This document shows positions 1 through 12,835 of a stretch of 64,000 nucleotides of DNA, piece after piece. Source of the DNA: Octopus vulgaris (Eukaryota); NCBI GenBank assembly GCA_951406725.2, contig OX597817.1, forward strand, positions 135,098,001-135,162,000, written 5' to 3'. The notes under the pieces were generated by a model. It searched no databases and was not told the origin of the DNA. It saw only the letters and a list, made by a program, of their open reading frames with translations. How positions within the stretch are numbered: the stretch's first letter is position 1; each line of letters begins with the position of its first letter. Both the position numbers and the translations under genes were made by a program.

Positions 1-55
<55 letters not shown>
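1..55. repeat. (GATA)n microsatellite
   Basis: Perfect GATA tandem array at the window start. Confidence 0.98.
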
Positions 56-57
<2 letters not shown>

Positions 58-299
58 ACGAAAAAATTCTTTGAGAACTCTATCATTGATAAAACAAAGA
101 AAATATCTACATGTTTATCAAAACACATTTTGATAAAAATGTAGATATTTACCGGTTTCAATCATTTTAGAAGATTGTTAAAAGAGAACGGAAAATAAAC
201 TTGAATAAATAATATTAAATTTATCTTTCATGATATCAGCTCTGGAAGTTCACATGTTTTTCTAACAGACTTCTGAAAGTAATTTGAAACGCTACTTAC

Positions 300-319
300 G
301 GGTTCTTTTGTTGGTTCAT
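300..319 (-). CDS. Candidate short first coding exon (MNQQKN + CC, phase 2)
   Basis: Minus strand ATG AAC CAA CAA AAG AAC CC|GTAAGT with a consensus donor and an upstream in-frame stop, in non-repetitive DNA. No transcript evidence. Confidence 0.25.
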
Positions 320-1004
320 GAATGTTGCTGTTGTAGTTGAATAATTCCTCTCCTACGGTGACTTTCTATCGAACCAAATAAAAACGATATGATTAAGTTT
401 TCTTCTTTATTGTGTGTTTTTCTAATATTGACGATGTCAAATATGAAGTTTCTATCTTAAATAAGTTAGGGAGTTTATTGAGAGAGTTTTAGCGGCTAAA
501 TTAAACAAACAAATGCATAGAAATATGTAAATAAGATCGGACTACACATATAATATAGCATTAATCACAATTTTGTTTGTTTGACAGCTTGTTCTTTAAA
601 TTATAGTTTTCATGTTTGAGTTTCAACAAAGATAATTTAGTGAACCAGCATTCGGCCGTTCATATGTATGCGTGAAAGAGAGGACAAGAGAAAAAGAGAG
701 AGAGGAAGAGAGACAGAGACGTACAACTAGCTTTATCATATTACAGACATGTCAAGCGGTCACTATCGCCCTTCCTTCTAGTGAGGGGAAAGTGATAGAG
801 ATAGAAGCAGACAGGTAGCGGTGGAGATGGAAATGCATTGAACGTATAAATACTTATACTTATTCAACTTTAACGAGCAAAACTTTGATTGTTTCTTCGA
901 AGTTTTGCTCGGCGTGCCTTCGGTAGACGATCTAACGAAAGCAAGCAAGCCAGCCGAAACTCCAAAATCACAATCTCCTTTTCCTTGTAAAAAATCAATA
1001 AACA

Positions 1005-1174
1005 CGTGTGTCTGTGTGGTAAGAAGTTTGCTTCCACACCTCATGGTTCCGGGTTCAATTCTGCTGCGTAGCACCTCGGACAAGTGTCTTCTACTGTAGC
1101 CCCCGGCCGACAAAACCTTGTAAGTGGATTTGATTGACGGAAACTGAAAGAAGTCCGTCATATACATATATAAT

Positions 1175-1218
<44 letters not shown>

Positions 1219-1326
1219 TGTCAATGTGTCACTGTCCCCTAACTCCAATTGACAACCGTTATTGATATGTTTGCATCCTCGTAACTCAGCAGTTCGTCAA
1301 AAGAGAATGATAAAATATATATCAGG

Positions 1327-1330
<4 letters not shown>
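1005..1330 (+). mobile_element. tRNA-derived SINE, family B (CORE-like body, internal (TG)n)
   Basis: GTGTGGTAAGAAGTTTGCTT...GGTTCCGGGTTCAAT (A/B-box-like), CACCTCGGACAAGTGTCTTCTACT body; many homologous copies in the window. Confidence 0.85.
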
Positions 1331-1387
<57 letters not shown>

Positions 1388-1389
1388 TA

Positions 1390-2075
1390 AGGGGTATACA
1401 CTGACGTATAGTGTCAAAACGGGTACGTAGCCGCCATGTATATATGTAAAAGTTAAAAAAATATACAAACTGGGACAAGAACGTGAAACATTTAGAAGAC
1501 GACACAAAAAACACGGACGGGACATTCGAAGCCCTCAATCATCAGTCAAGAACCGGATCATCTTCGCAATTTCGGCTGATTAATCTTGAGATTGCTCCGA
1601 TCTGGGCAGCCCCCAAGGGAAATCTAAGCCAAGCGCATTAGATTCCTTGGAAGAAAGCCTCGAATGTATACAACACAGGGACGGAAAAATGACGATGTTA
1701 CACGAATAAAAATACAAAAATACGTAAAAACAATAATGATAGCACGAATAAGAATACAAAATACGTAAAAACAATAATGGTAAGGATAACAACATAAGCA
1801 GGACGTCAGGACAAGCGTCTTTTCGACAGGACGAGTTAAGTTTTGAGCTGGCGATAGAAAAGTGCCTTAAGGCCACAGAGAACAAACAAATACGTGTTGC
1901 CACAATGACTGCTGGATGCGAAAAGGCAGTAGTCGTTGGCTGGTCACGTGAGGACAAAAGAGGGGAGAAAGGGACAGATGAAGAGAGAAAGAAGGGGAAC
2001 AAGGAACAAGGGAGGAGAAGAAAGAGAGGGAAAGAGATAGATCAAGTGGAGTGTAAGGTGTGTATTCGTGCTATC
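1390..2075 (-). mobile_element. Dispersed repeat ending on (TA)n, probable Penelope-like terminal fragment
   Basis: Homologous to 33470-33843(+) and, more distantly, 27340-27890(+); shares CAGCCGAAA...CTGAWGA...GAATG; each copy ends at a (TA)n array. Confidence 0.5.
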
Positions 2076-2107
2076 ATTATCGTCCTTTTGCAGTTTTAAT
2101 AACAAAG

Positions 2108-2158
<51 letters not shown>

Positions 2159-2637
2159 ATGTGTGTGTGGAAAGCGGTTGTTCTTTCCTAGGGATATTTA
2201 TCCAAGCGTTCACCGGTTTTGCTCTATATGAATTAACGAAACTGGTAATTCCACATGGGCATATCTTTATCGTTGGCTCTTCTTCGATATTAGTACCTTA
2301 CACTTGTGCAATTCCAGTTGTCGCTTACAGATGTCTCCATATTTTCGATATAGGAGAAAAATTTTAACAATACAGTTAAAATTGGACAGTCAATTTTTAC
2401 ATCGATAAACAATCAATTTTTGCCCTGATGTGATTTTTCTAACGTTTTCAAGTTCATAAAGCAATTTAATTGCATAGATATGCGATTTAAGTAATAAACC
2501 GAAACGCGCGTACACAACATCAATTGACTATTATGATAAATATATTGATTATTCCGTGTATGGCTTCTCTATTTTCTTTGTATTGTATTGTGTGTACACA
2601 CACACACAAACACACACGTATATATATATAACATATA

Positions 2638-2683
<46 letters not shown>

Positions 2684-2830
2684 TAGACAAATGAATTATC
2701 TTATTACGGATAATTCGAAAGATAACCGATACCTGGGTAGCAAACTCACAACAGAAAAAGCACGGTTGAAGTTACGACCATAGGGCATAAAATCCGTGCC
2801 TTAGTGCGGAGATTTGAAGTTTTATATATT

Positions 2831-2925
2831 AAGTATAGGAAAGAATGGAGCTGAACGAAGATTTAACGAAATTCCTTAATTTTAGGAATTTCGTTAAATC
2901 TTCGTTCAGCTCCATTCTTTCCTAT

Positions 2926-2929
<4 letters not shown>
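2831..2929. repeat. Perfect 46-bp inverted repeat with 7-nt spacer
   Basis: AAGTATAGGAAAGAATGGAGCTGAACGAAGATTTAACGAAATTCCT (2831-2876) and its exact reverse complement (2884-2929). Confidence 0.95.
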
Positions 2930-2994
<65 letters not shown>

Positions 2995-2997
<3 letters not shown>

Positions 2998-4657
2998 TCT
3001 TTTATTCTTTTACTTGTTTCAGTCATTTGACTGCGGCCATGCTGGAGCACTGCCTTTGGTCGAACAAATAGACCCCAGAACTTATTCTTTGTAAGCCTAG
3101 TATTTATTCTATCGTTATCTTTTACAGGGACGTAAACACACCAGCATCGGTTGTCAAGCGATGTTGGGAGGACAAGCACAGACATACAAACCCCAATCCT
3201 ACATATATATGCATATACATATATATACGACAGGCTTCTTTCAGTTTCCGTCTACGAAATCCACTCGCAAGGGCTTGGTCGGCCCGTGGCTATAGTAGAA
3301 GACACTTGCCCAAGTTTCCACGCTGTGGGACTAAACCCGGAACCATGTGGTTGGTAAGCAAGCTACCTTTATTCATTGAATTTGCCATATAGGCAGCACA
3401 TAGATAAGGTAGCATTGCGGGCTGGACACAGACATTGATGAGGCGAATGATTATGATCCAAAAATGATATGGATGGGAGAAGACAGAAAGCGCCCGCCGG
3501 TCCTCTCCTTCTCTAAAACATTGTTCTTTAAAAACGCTGATACAGATGTATTAACCCTCTTACAATTTAAAATATTTTATATTTGGACTAAAATTTCCAT
3601 ACCATTATAAAACACAATTTATACACAAATTGGAGGCGATAAACCTCTACAGTCCTTCCCCGGGTAATTTTCTTCCAACTTGCAGGCATTCCTGCAACCG
3701 CAATCCGGGGCCCCTAAAAAATTCTATAATTCACGTTTTTACAAGAGTCAATTATGAGATCACAATACTTTCTTTCTAGCACCAGACCAGCCACTCTAGG
3801 GTCTCCACGAAACTGTCAATAGCCCCTCCCCTGAGATAGAAGAGCATATATTCTTCACCACTTTTACTGGGAGGGGCCTCAACTCCCTCGCTCGGTGGCA
3901 CACATCTCACTGACGAGGTTATCTTCTTCACATCCTCCGGTGGCACACATCCCACCGAAGGGGTTTTTGGACATGCCGTCGCCGGCAATGCCCCGTTTTT
4001 CTTTTTTCTCTTCTTTCTTCCTTTTACGGCGGGAGGTTGGAGTTCCTCCGACATCTCCGGAGGACCCTCTTCCCCTCACCACCACCGCCGTCTCAGGATC
4101 CATCGATGGGCAACTACAAAAATCAAAATGTTAGAATGAAAGTCTATAAAGAAAATCAAAAAAGATCAGAAAGACAGAAAGACAGACAGGAGAAGAAAGA
4201 GCGAAGGAAGATAATCCAAAATGGCAACACAACTCAACACAATTCTGCTACTCTGGTAATCCAAGCTTGTAGTCCTTCGCAGTACAAATGGTATTCCATC
4301 CAACTCTTTCTGTACTCCTATCCTTTATGGTAAAAATCTCCTTGAAAGGGCACAAACACAGACCTAGAAAATTCAAAAAAAAATTTCGGAATGACACGCC
4401 TCCCAAAATAAACACAATTCTCACTACACAGTGAATCTTCTTACACGATCACTGGCAAACAAATACCTGGAACCCAGTGGAGACCCCTGTTCGAAAAAAA
4501 ATACCTAAATACAAACAGCAGACTCCCACTAAGCACCAAAAAACAGATAATTTACCTGTGGTCGTGCTTCACATGTTCAATTTCTCACGTACGACGTGAC
4601 TTCCAATGCGACATAGCAGTAAGCAAGCTACTTCCCACACAGTCTCTCCTGCACCTA
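2995..4657 (-). mobile_element. SINE family B split into 2995-3366 and 4619-4657 by an insertion
   Basis: The SINE sequence stops at ...TTGGTAAGCAAGCTAC (3366) and resumes at GTAAGCAAGCTACTTCCCACACAG (4619). Confidence 0.85.
3367..4618 (-). mobile_element. 1.25-kb non-autonomous non-LTR-type insertion with 13-bp TSD (possibly Tx1/L1-derived)
   Basis: TSD GTAAGCAAGCTAC at 3354-3366 and 4619-4631; 3' end ...GAATAAAG; broken basic, proline-rich ORF (3776-4103) with a 45-bp internal repeat. Confidence 0.7.
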
Positions 4658-4664
4658 TATAATA

Positions 4665-4719
<55 letters not shown>

Positions 4720-4877
4720 TGCATGTATGTATGTATGTATGTATTATGTATATATGTATCTTCATATATAAGTGCAGAACAAGATTCTCGGGTACCTGTC
4801 GCATTATACACACCATATGATTTATTATATCTGAAATGGTTACTATATACATGATAAACCCAATACAGCAACGTTAC

Positions 4878-4906
4878 CGCCAATGTTTCGATAGTTTCCG
4901 AAACAT
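4878..4906 (-). CDS. Candidate short first coding exon (MFRKLSKHW + CG, phase 2)
   Basis: ATA ATG TTT CGG AAA CTA TCG AAA CAT TGG CG|GTAACG; A at -3; the donor is only moderate. Confidence 0.2.
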
Positions 4907-5323
4907 TATTAACTCTACGGTTTTCTAAATAATTTCCTGTCATTTTGGTTAACTCTTTCATGTCTTTTAACTGCTGGCAGCAACTGAAATGGATTCTCTG
5001 TACGAAGTCTACCATCTCTGAAACTTCCTCTTGTTGTCAAACCGTTGCAATAGCATGGGATAACATGTGCAATTTTATAAACGCAAACCAAGTTTTCAGC
5101 GAAGCTCTTTTAAGATTGTTTTGATTATAGTCAAACTTTTTGGCTGCTTTTGGAGGCTTTGAACATGAAAGGGACAATTAAATAGAATTGGAACTAATCA
5201 AAGTGATTATGTTGGTAGAATTCCTGTTGTCGGTTGCTTTGTTGATAGTGAGGAAGAGATGGAGGGAGAGAGAAACAGGGGAAGAAAGCGAGGGAGAGGG
5301 AGGGAGAGAGAGAACTGCAAAGG

Positions 5324-5393
<70 letters not shown>

Positions 5394-5422
5394 TAGACAG
5401 ACAGATAGACAGACAGACAGAC

Positions 5423-5511
<89 letters not shown>

Positions 5512-5512
5512 T
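5324..5512. repeat. Compound (GATA)n/(GACA)n/(GA)n microsatellite
   Basis: Directly visible arrays. Confidence 0.95.
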
Positions 5513-7041
5513 AGACGGACAGACAGGCTGAAAGGAATAATGAGAAAAAGTGTGTGAGAGAAAAACACGAATAAGCAGAAAGAAAATGTTACAGTTTATA
5601 AGACAAGGTTGGACTACAAGAATGGTATTCAAACAAGAAATGTCTATATTTTGAAGGAGGTCTGGTAAATATGTCTTGTAACAGCTAATGAGAGTCATGT
5701 CAGATGAGAAATAACAGTCAGATCTCCTTTAAACTTAACACAACATCGTAAAAACGGAAGGATACGTCGGGGAAATGTTGTTTTAGATATAGCAAAAAGC
5801 AAGAAGGTCGCTGATGGAAGACATTTAAACATACTTTATAGGGTCACAGTTGACATGGGATGTAAGAAAACCACCAACTGTAGGGTCACCTCACCACAGT
5901 TGGTGGCTTAGAAAATTGCTTCTAATATGTGGCTCTTTAAAAAGAATTGATTTAGAGGAAGAGGTTGTACCCATAATTTTTGGAGCCCCTTCTCCCCAAA
6001 CTGATGAAGCTGAGACAGTTAATGTTTCGCCTAAACATCTGGAAATCGACGACCGCAGGGACGAAGGACTTTAGTTTTTGCGGGAGAGTCAACCAAAAAA
6101 ACTGTAAAAAAGCGGCGATCTGGCAGAATGGTGAGCACGTTGGTCAAAATATCTGGGCAGCGATTTCTTCCGTCTGTTTACGTACTGAGTTTGAATCCCG
6201 CGAATGTCAGGTTTGCCTTTGATCCATTCGAATATAAAGAAATAAAGGACCAGTCATTAACCAGAACTGCTGACCTTTAACATTGTAATGAACCGGCGTC
6301 AGGGAGAATGTTATTATCTCCAGGCATATGCCATAGAAAACCGGGTAACAGGTCCCATGTATCCGAAGGCTAAAGGAAAATTTTATAAAAGATCAAATAG
6401 AGGGTGTTCATTTGCATCGCCGGTTCACTGTAGCCGGCCACCGAGAACCTGATCCAAATACTTGCAACAGTGAGAACACGATACAGGCAGTCATAGACCA
6501 AGTCATGGTGTTACACTGGTCACCATTATGTAGCCCACACTATACATTGCGCAGAAGGATGAAGGAGGATCGGGTCATTGACTAACCTTTTCAACCTCAA
6601 AATCCCTGCAACTGGAGGACGAAATTTGGGGGTACTGCTGGAGTATTATGAGTTCATACTGTACCTAAAATTCTTAAAGAAAGTATTATCTCTTCTTTGT
6701 AGGTTTGTCTTTGTGAAAACCCTTTAAACGTTTTCATGACAACAGATTTCATAACAGCAACAACATATTAACTTGTAAGAAAGAACAAACACAATTTAAC
6801 GTTGTTTGTCTTGAAAACTATATGAAAGAGAAATAAAAACCTACACTGCCACACACATACACGCACATACAGACATACACAAATGCACAGACACACACAC
6901 ATACACATATGTACATATACAGTCATATAGTCATATATGTTTAAACAGTGTGCACAAAAGAATCATGAATATACACATATATAAAAGCATATTTATATAG
7001 ATATGCATAGATGTATGTATGTATGCATGTATATTTATCTA

Positions 7042-7133
<92 letters not shown>

Positions 7134-7268
7134 CATATATAGTTACATATATTCATATGTATATATATATATATTCACACATATATATGTTAGTGAATGT
7201 GTGTATGTATATATGTGTATATATATATATATATGTATGTATGTGTGTGTATATATGTATATTATATG

Positions 7269-7326
<58 letters not shown>

Positions 7327-7525
7327 CAGTGTGTTTGTGCAAGAAGCAGCTTTCTAATTTCATAGAGCGATCATAAATATTGATTACCCGGATGTTGTTT
7401 GTGTATCAGACCAGGAATATTTATAGCTCAAGCGCATACATACCTCTATCTCTCTCTCCTTCTCTTTCCTTCTCTTTATCTCTCTCTCTCTCTCTCTTTC
7501 TCTTTCCTACTCTTTATCTCTCTCT

Positions 7526-7575
<50 letters not shown>

Positions 7576-9002
7576 CTCTATTGCTTGGTTTTACAGTCGA
7601 GTATCTCTGATCGGAGATATTTCTCCTCTTAAACACATCGGCCGACATTTTATGGACTCTATAACCATATTTATACTTTCAACCTATCTTCTGTATTTAT
7701 CTCAGTTGCCAGGCATTTTCTTGAACTGATTACCTACAACTCTCAATGTTGCTGCTGAAATGCTGATGAGGTTCAATAAGATTGAAACGTGGTTTTGTTT
7801 GTTACCTTTGCCTACTAGCATAAATCACATCACTCCCTGAAAAATTTATTCAACAATTTCTTCAAATTCTTCCTTTCTTTTTCTTTGAAATCCTCTAACA
7901 ATCACCGTAGAGGAAATTCCAGTTAACTGAGAATTCTTTTTCTCTGCCAACATTCGGTGCATGCAACCTTTCACAACTTTTTCTACATTTATTCCACAAA
8001 CCCACTGGAGTTCTCTCCCTTAATTCTTTGCTGAATTTTATTTTATTTCTTTTAATTGTGAAATATTTTAGTACAACCAGAGATTTTCTCTTTACATTGA
8101 TTGCCGGCTTTACAGCTTCATAATATTTTATGAGATGCTTCAGAGAAGAGCGTTTGTTGCTGTTGGTGTCCAAAGGTCAATAATGATAAAGGATAAAGAA
8201 TGCTATTTTCATCTTCATACGAAAGAAGTTCTCAGCGAGAGATTTTCTAAGTTCTGAAGGGAAACCGATTCAAGGTAGTTGTTTTGTCAATGTAGAATTA
8301 TAGTTTATATACGTTTATGGTGAAGATCATAGTGGCAGCATTTATGTTTACATAAAAATCTAACTTGTAGCGGATATGACATTACTTGCAAAACAGAACG
8401 TCATAGTAGTGGTGGTGGCGGCGGTGGCCGTGGTGGTGGTGGTGCGGTGGCGGTTAGAGAAAGATAATTGCAAGAAGAATGAGCATTAGAAAACTGTCAA
8501 TTGTCAACAGATAACGATGTTGAGACCAAATAGATAGAGAAGTAGTGGTTCTTTGGTGTGCGTGCGCGTTGGTACTATAAAAGCTGGCTAAATCAATATT
8601 TGGAGCCGAAATAGAAAGTGTTTGTAGGGGAGAAAGATAAGGGGCTCACCGAGAGCTCAATCTTTGGCGCCGTTTCAATCGCTTTCAATTCTTGTTTGAT
8701 CTTTGTTTATGTCAGTTGAACCAAGTAATATGATAAAAGAAAGGTATGGACATCAAACGCATTCTATTTACCATAGAAAAATATACGACCTTCGTGTGTA
8801 CGTTTAATAAACCAATAAGAGAATAGCATGGAATACATAGCAAGCTGTTTGGGGACCCAAATGCATTGCCTTATTTCAATTCTGGGTAAATTTATTTTGC
8901 TTTAAATCTCTGATCTCTTGAAGAAATTTTTGAACAAGTATTGGACACATTATTTACATTATTTACATTTGACGGATATTTGTCCTCATCTTGTTTGTTG
9001 TT

Positions 9003-9047
9003 AACACAACGTTTCAGCTGATATATCCTCCAGCCTTCTTCCGGTGT
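9003..9047 (-). ncRNA. Minimal hammerhead motif, mutated core
   Basis: GACAC-CGGAAGA-AGGCTG...CAGCT-GAAAC-GTT-GTGTT; core has U4>G relative to CUGANGA. Confidence 0.55.
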
Positions 9048-9125
9048 CTTGGGGAAATTTCGAACCTAGGTTCTCATTCCTAAGGTGTTTTTTGATTGTT
9101 GTTGTTATTATTATTATTATTATTA

Positions 9126-9217
<92 letters not shown>

Positions 9218-9286
9218 GTTATTATTGTTATTATTATTATTCGAAAATATCTTAGGAATGAGAACCCAGGTTCGAAATTTCTCCAA

Positions 9287-9332
9287 AACACCTGATGAAG
9301 ACTGGAGAGTATATCAGCTGAAACGTTGTGTT
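9287..9332 (+). ncRNA. Minimal type I hammerhead ribozyme (stem III replaced by palindrome AACGTT)
   Basis: AACAC-CTGATGA-AG(A)CTG GAGAGTATAT CAGCT-GAAAC-GTT-GTGTT: 5-bp stem I, intact core, stem II, GUU triplet. Confidence 0.75.
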
Positions 9333-9585
9333 AACAACAAACAAGATGAGGACAAATATCCGTCAAATGTAAATAATGTAAATAATGTACATAATTCTTC
9401 ATCTCTTAAATATAGAACTGAAGTATTGGACACTATACACCAGAAAACAAATGTTTTTTTATGGCTAAAAAAATCCTTGTTGTTTTTCGTTTAATGTCGT
9501 AGATGGTTCGTCTGTTTATGAATCCTATTTCTCCTCATTCTCGCTTCTTAGCGACTTACTGACACTCAAATACTTAATATTACTA

Positions 9586-9817
9586 AGGCGGCGAGCTGGC
9601 AGAACCGTTAGCATGCCGGGCGAAATGCGTAGCCGTATTTCGTCTGCCGTTACGTTCTGAGTTCAAATTCCGTCGAGGTCGACTTTGCCTTTCATCCTTT
9701 CGGGGTCGATAAATTAAGTACCAGTTACGCACTGGGGTCGATGTAATCGACTTAATCCGTTTGTCTGTCCTTGTTTGTCCCCTCTGTGTTTAGCCCCTTG
9801 TGGGTAGTAAAGAAATA
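9586..9817 (+). mobile_element. tRNA-derived SINE, family A, near full length
   Basis: GGCGGCGAGCTGGCAGAA...GTTCTGAGTTCAAATTCC (B box)...GGTCGACTTTGCCTTTCATCCTTTCGGGGTCGAT; more than 15 copies in the window. Confidence 0.9.
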
Positions 9818-9899
9818 AATATTACCCACGCCCTCACCTTCACACCTCTCTTCTTTTAGTGTTGACAATTTTTATACATCTCTCCACAGCTGGAATTGG

Positions 9900-10300
9900 T
9901 CTTCGTTCTTGACATGTCTGAAACATGTAAAACATGGACGACATTTCAAAGAGCATCAACGCTCAGTCACTTCTTCCAATTACTTTTACCTCTCCCACTA
10001 TACCTCCCATTCTCCTTATACCGCTCTCTTTATATTTCTTATCCTTCTGTCTAAAGATTTTCTGCAAATGCAACCTAAAACACAACCTGCATCCAGGCTT
10101 GGAAATTTCACTGGAACAGAAATCTCTTAATGGCATGCACTGAGATTTTGGCAATTTAATCTTACTGATCTGCCCCTGGATACAAATGCATTATACCGAA
10201 CCAATCTTCTCAATAAAGACATCAAAACAACACTTTTGCTATTAATTCCCTGCTCTCCAGCAACATTTTATGCACACAGATTTCACACATTTAAACTCAA
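9900..10300 (+). mobile_element. Highly decayed PLE GIY-YIG remnant
   Basis: Peptide RHFKEHQRSV resembles the R(F)xEH motif that follows GIY-YIG; surrounding frames are broken. Confidence 0.35.
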
Positions 10301-10699
10301 CCTTTGTTATGAGCCTAAAAGGACGGAGTGTAGGGATTTCGAAAAAATCACACTCTGCTCCACCATTTTAGTTTTGCAGGGATAGAAAAGAAGAGAACCA
10401 TTCACCCTGAAAGGGAAGCTGCAAGAAATGCCACCAGGTGGCTTTGGATTAAGTGGGCCGATCCGATGACTGTTACAGCTGAGGCGCAAGTTGAATTGTT
10501 ATCAACCTGGGTTGGGCGTTCTGGGCGGAGATGTTTCATGTTGAAAGGACCGAAACCCCGAACGATTCCAGGGTACATTACCAATAATGTGTGGCAGCTC
10601 ATCTTGGAGATGTATTTCACTCACAGACTATGTATTCCATCCACTTCTGTGAATAAATCATGATAATGTTTAAATAAGTCCTACTTTGATATGACACTC

Positions 10700-10762
<63 letters not shown>

Positions 10763-11869
10763 CTGGCATAAACAGTTACACACGCTCTTTTTGAAACTTT
10801 TTACATAAATATCGAAGAGAATTCAATTAATGAATTCCGGAAGCACAAACATTGATAAAAGATAAGACATATGTATACTAGATTCACAGATCACTTTATA
10901 TAACTTTAAGTATTTGTAATTTAACTCAGAAATTTTCATTAAAACATATTGATTGATTAAAATCATGTCTACTTGAGAATCATTAATTAAAAATGTTTAT
11001 ATGAAGAGAATATTTTTACATAAAATCATTTTGAATAATTGACAAAATCTCCTCCATATTTCAAGAGTGGATATTTTCACAAAAACAACCGAACAGAACG
11101 AGTATTGTTTAGTTTAGTTCAGCAATACCTTCTCCGGCAGCAACGATATAGAACATGAAGAGTAATAAGACATCATTCATCGTTAAAAAGAAAACCAGAA
11201 CCAAAATGGATATTGTTCAATAACTTACTCGCATAAATTAATTTACCGAACGAACCATGATACAATAATTCCAACTCAAAACGTTGAAAGAAAAAAACTT
11301 CCCAATAAATAAGATGCTACTAAAGTACAAGCCATGATCAATAAAACCCAATATTTCATTTCAAAAATATTCTAGAATCTTCTAATAGGATTCTGTTTAA
11401 GGAGCAGATCTTTATTTTGTTAGTATAAATCTTAACAATAAACAGATTGCTGACAGTTTTGGGGTTTTTTTTTTATATTTCTTTTATTATAAATAAAAAT
11501 TTGTACAGGAAGATTGAAATATCGAATGTGTAATATATGTTTGTTAATCAAGTTACTTTCCCCAGGCACTGAAATATCAGACACCATTTGCGAGTGTAAA
11601 GAAAAATTAAGATATATATTTTAAAAAATAATGAGAAATGTCAATATTAAGTAGAGAGATTTCTTAATTAGGCTTCAAGCCCTACGGTGACGCTGCAGAT
11701 GGAATTGGGAAACCATAGTGACTCACATAATTTGTTCTTTTCCTTTATCCCTGGAGAATATCTAACTGTAAACGATACTATCGCAACCGAGAATTTAAAC
11801 CAGGTTGCATGCTGCATGCAACCATAATTTACTGCGGCACCAATAATCCAAGAGAAAAATAAATGTTCG

Positions 11870-12030
11870 CAGGCGTGGCTGCGTGGTAAGAAGTTTGCTT
11901 TCCGATCACATGGTTCTGGGTTCAGTCCCACTGGGTGGCATCTTGGGCAAGTGTATTCTACTATAGTCCAGGCCCGACCAAAGCCTTTTGAGCGGATTTG
12001 GTAGAGGGAAACGGAAAGAATCCCGTGATT
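11870..12030 (+). mobile_element. SINE family B head and body
   Basis: GGCGTGGCTGCGTGGTAAGAAG...GGTTCAGTCCCACTG...CTTGGGCAAGTG. Confidence 0.85.
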
Positions 12031-12402
12031 CCATCCTATGGTTGGTAAGTATCAAATAGGATATTCCGGTTGTGAACACATAGAAGAACAACCCTATGAG
12101 TGTATAGTACCTAGGGGCCGGTCCAAATTATGCGTTACTTTGGATAGTATGTTGTTGTTATACTCAAGGGTGTCCGACGAGTCGTAAATGTCCTTGGTGT
12201 ATTATAATCAAATGAATGATAACAGACGATGGGTAAATGTCAGCCCATAACAGCTGATACGTAATTAAAAATGTACGTAAGAAACAGCTGTAATGGGCTG
12301 ACAATTATCCATGGAACCCAGTAGTCAACTGGTATTTATTTTATCGGCCCCAAAATTATGCTAAATCAAAATCACTTCGACATTATTTTAACTCAAAAAG
12401 AA

Positions 12403-12835
12403 GGTGGCGAGCTGGCAGAAACGTTAGCGAGCCGAGCTAAATGCTTAGCGGTGTTTCGTCCATCTATACGTTCTGAGTTCAAATTCCACAGAGGTTGACT
12501 TTGCCTTTCACTCTTTCATCCTTTCAGGGTCGATAAATTAAGTACCCGTGAAACACTGGGGTCAATGTTATCGGCTAGTCCCCTCCCCACAAATTTCAGG
12601 CCCTGTGCCTGTAGTAGAAAAGGTTATTTTAACTCAAAACATAAAAAGGCAGAGGAAACACGCTAGCGATTATGACAACTTGCCGCCATTGCAAAACTTA
12701 ATACTTGACACAAAACCTGAAATTTTGATGCGAGGGGCCTAGTCGATTACATCGGCCCCAGTACTTGAGCGGTTCTTAATTCATTGATCCCGAAGGGATG
12801 GAAGGCAAGGTCAACCACGGCGGTATTTGAGTAAA
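12403..12835. mobile_element. SINE family A copies (12403-12625 +; ~12700-12835 -)
   Basis: Homology to 9586-9817. Confidence 0.8.

Larger units (their letters stand above)
8947..9388. mobile_element. Inverted pair of ~145-bp PLE-like terminal repeats around an (ATT)n array
   Basis: Arm 8947-9092 is the reverse complement, with few mismatches, of arm 9244-9388; spacer is (ATT)n; each arm carries a hammerhead motif. Confidence 0.85.

Noticed and set aside
874-911. 12-bp hairpin as pre-miRNA
   Set aside because: The stem is too short and does not extend.
7760-7800. CTGATGA...GAAACGT hammerhead
   Set aside because: Stems I and II do not pair convincingly; at most a heavily decayed copy.
10305-10665. 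Solo LTR
   Set aside because: Starts with TG and has a late AATAAA, but I found no clear matching TSD or second copy.
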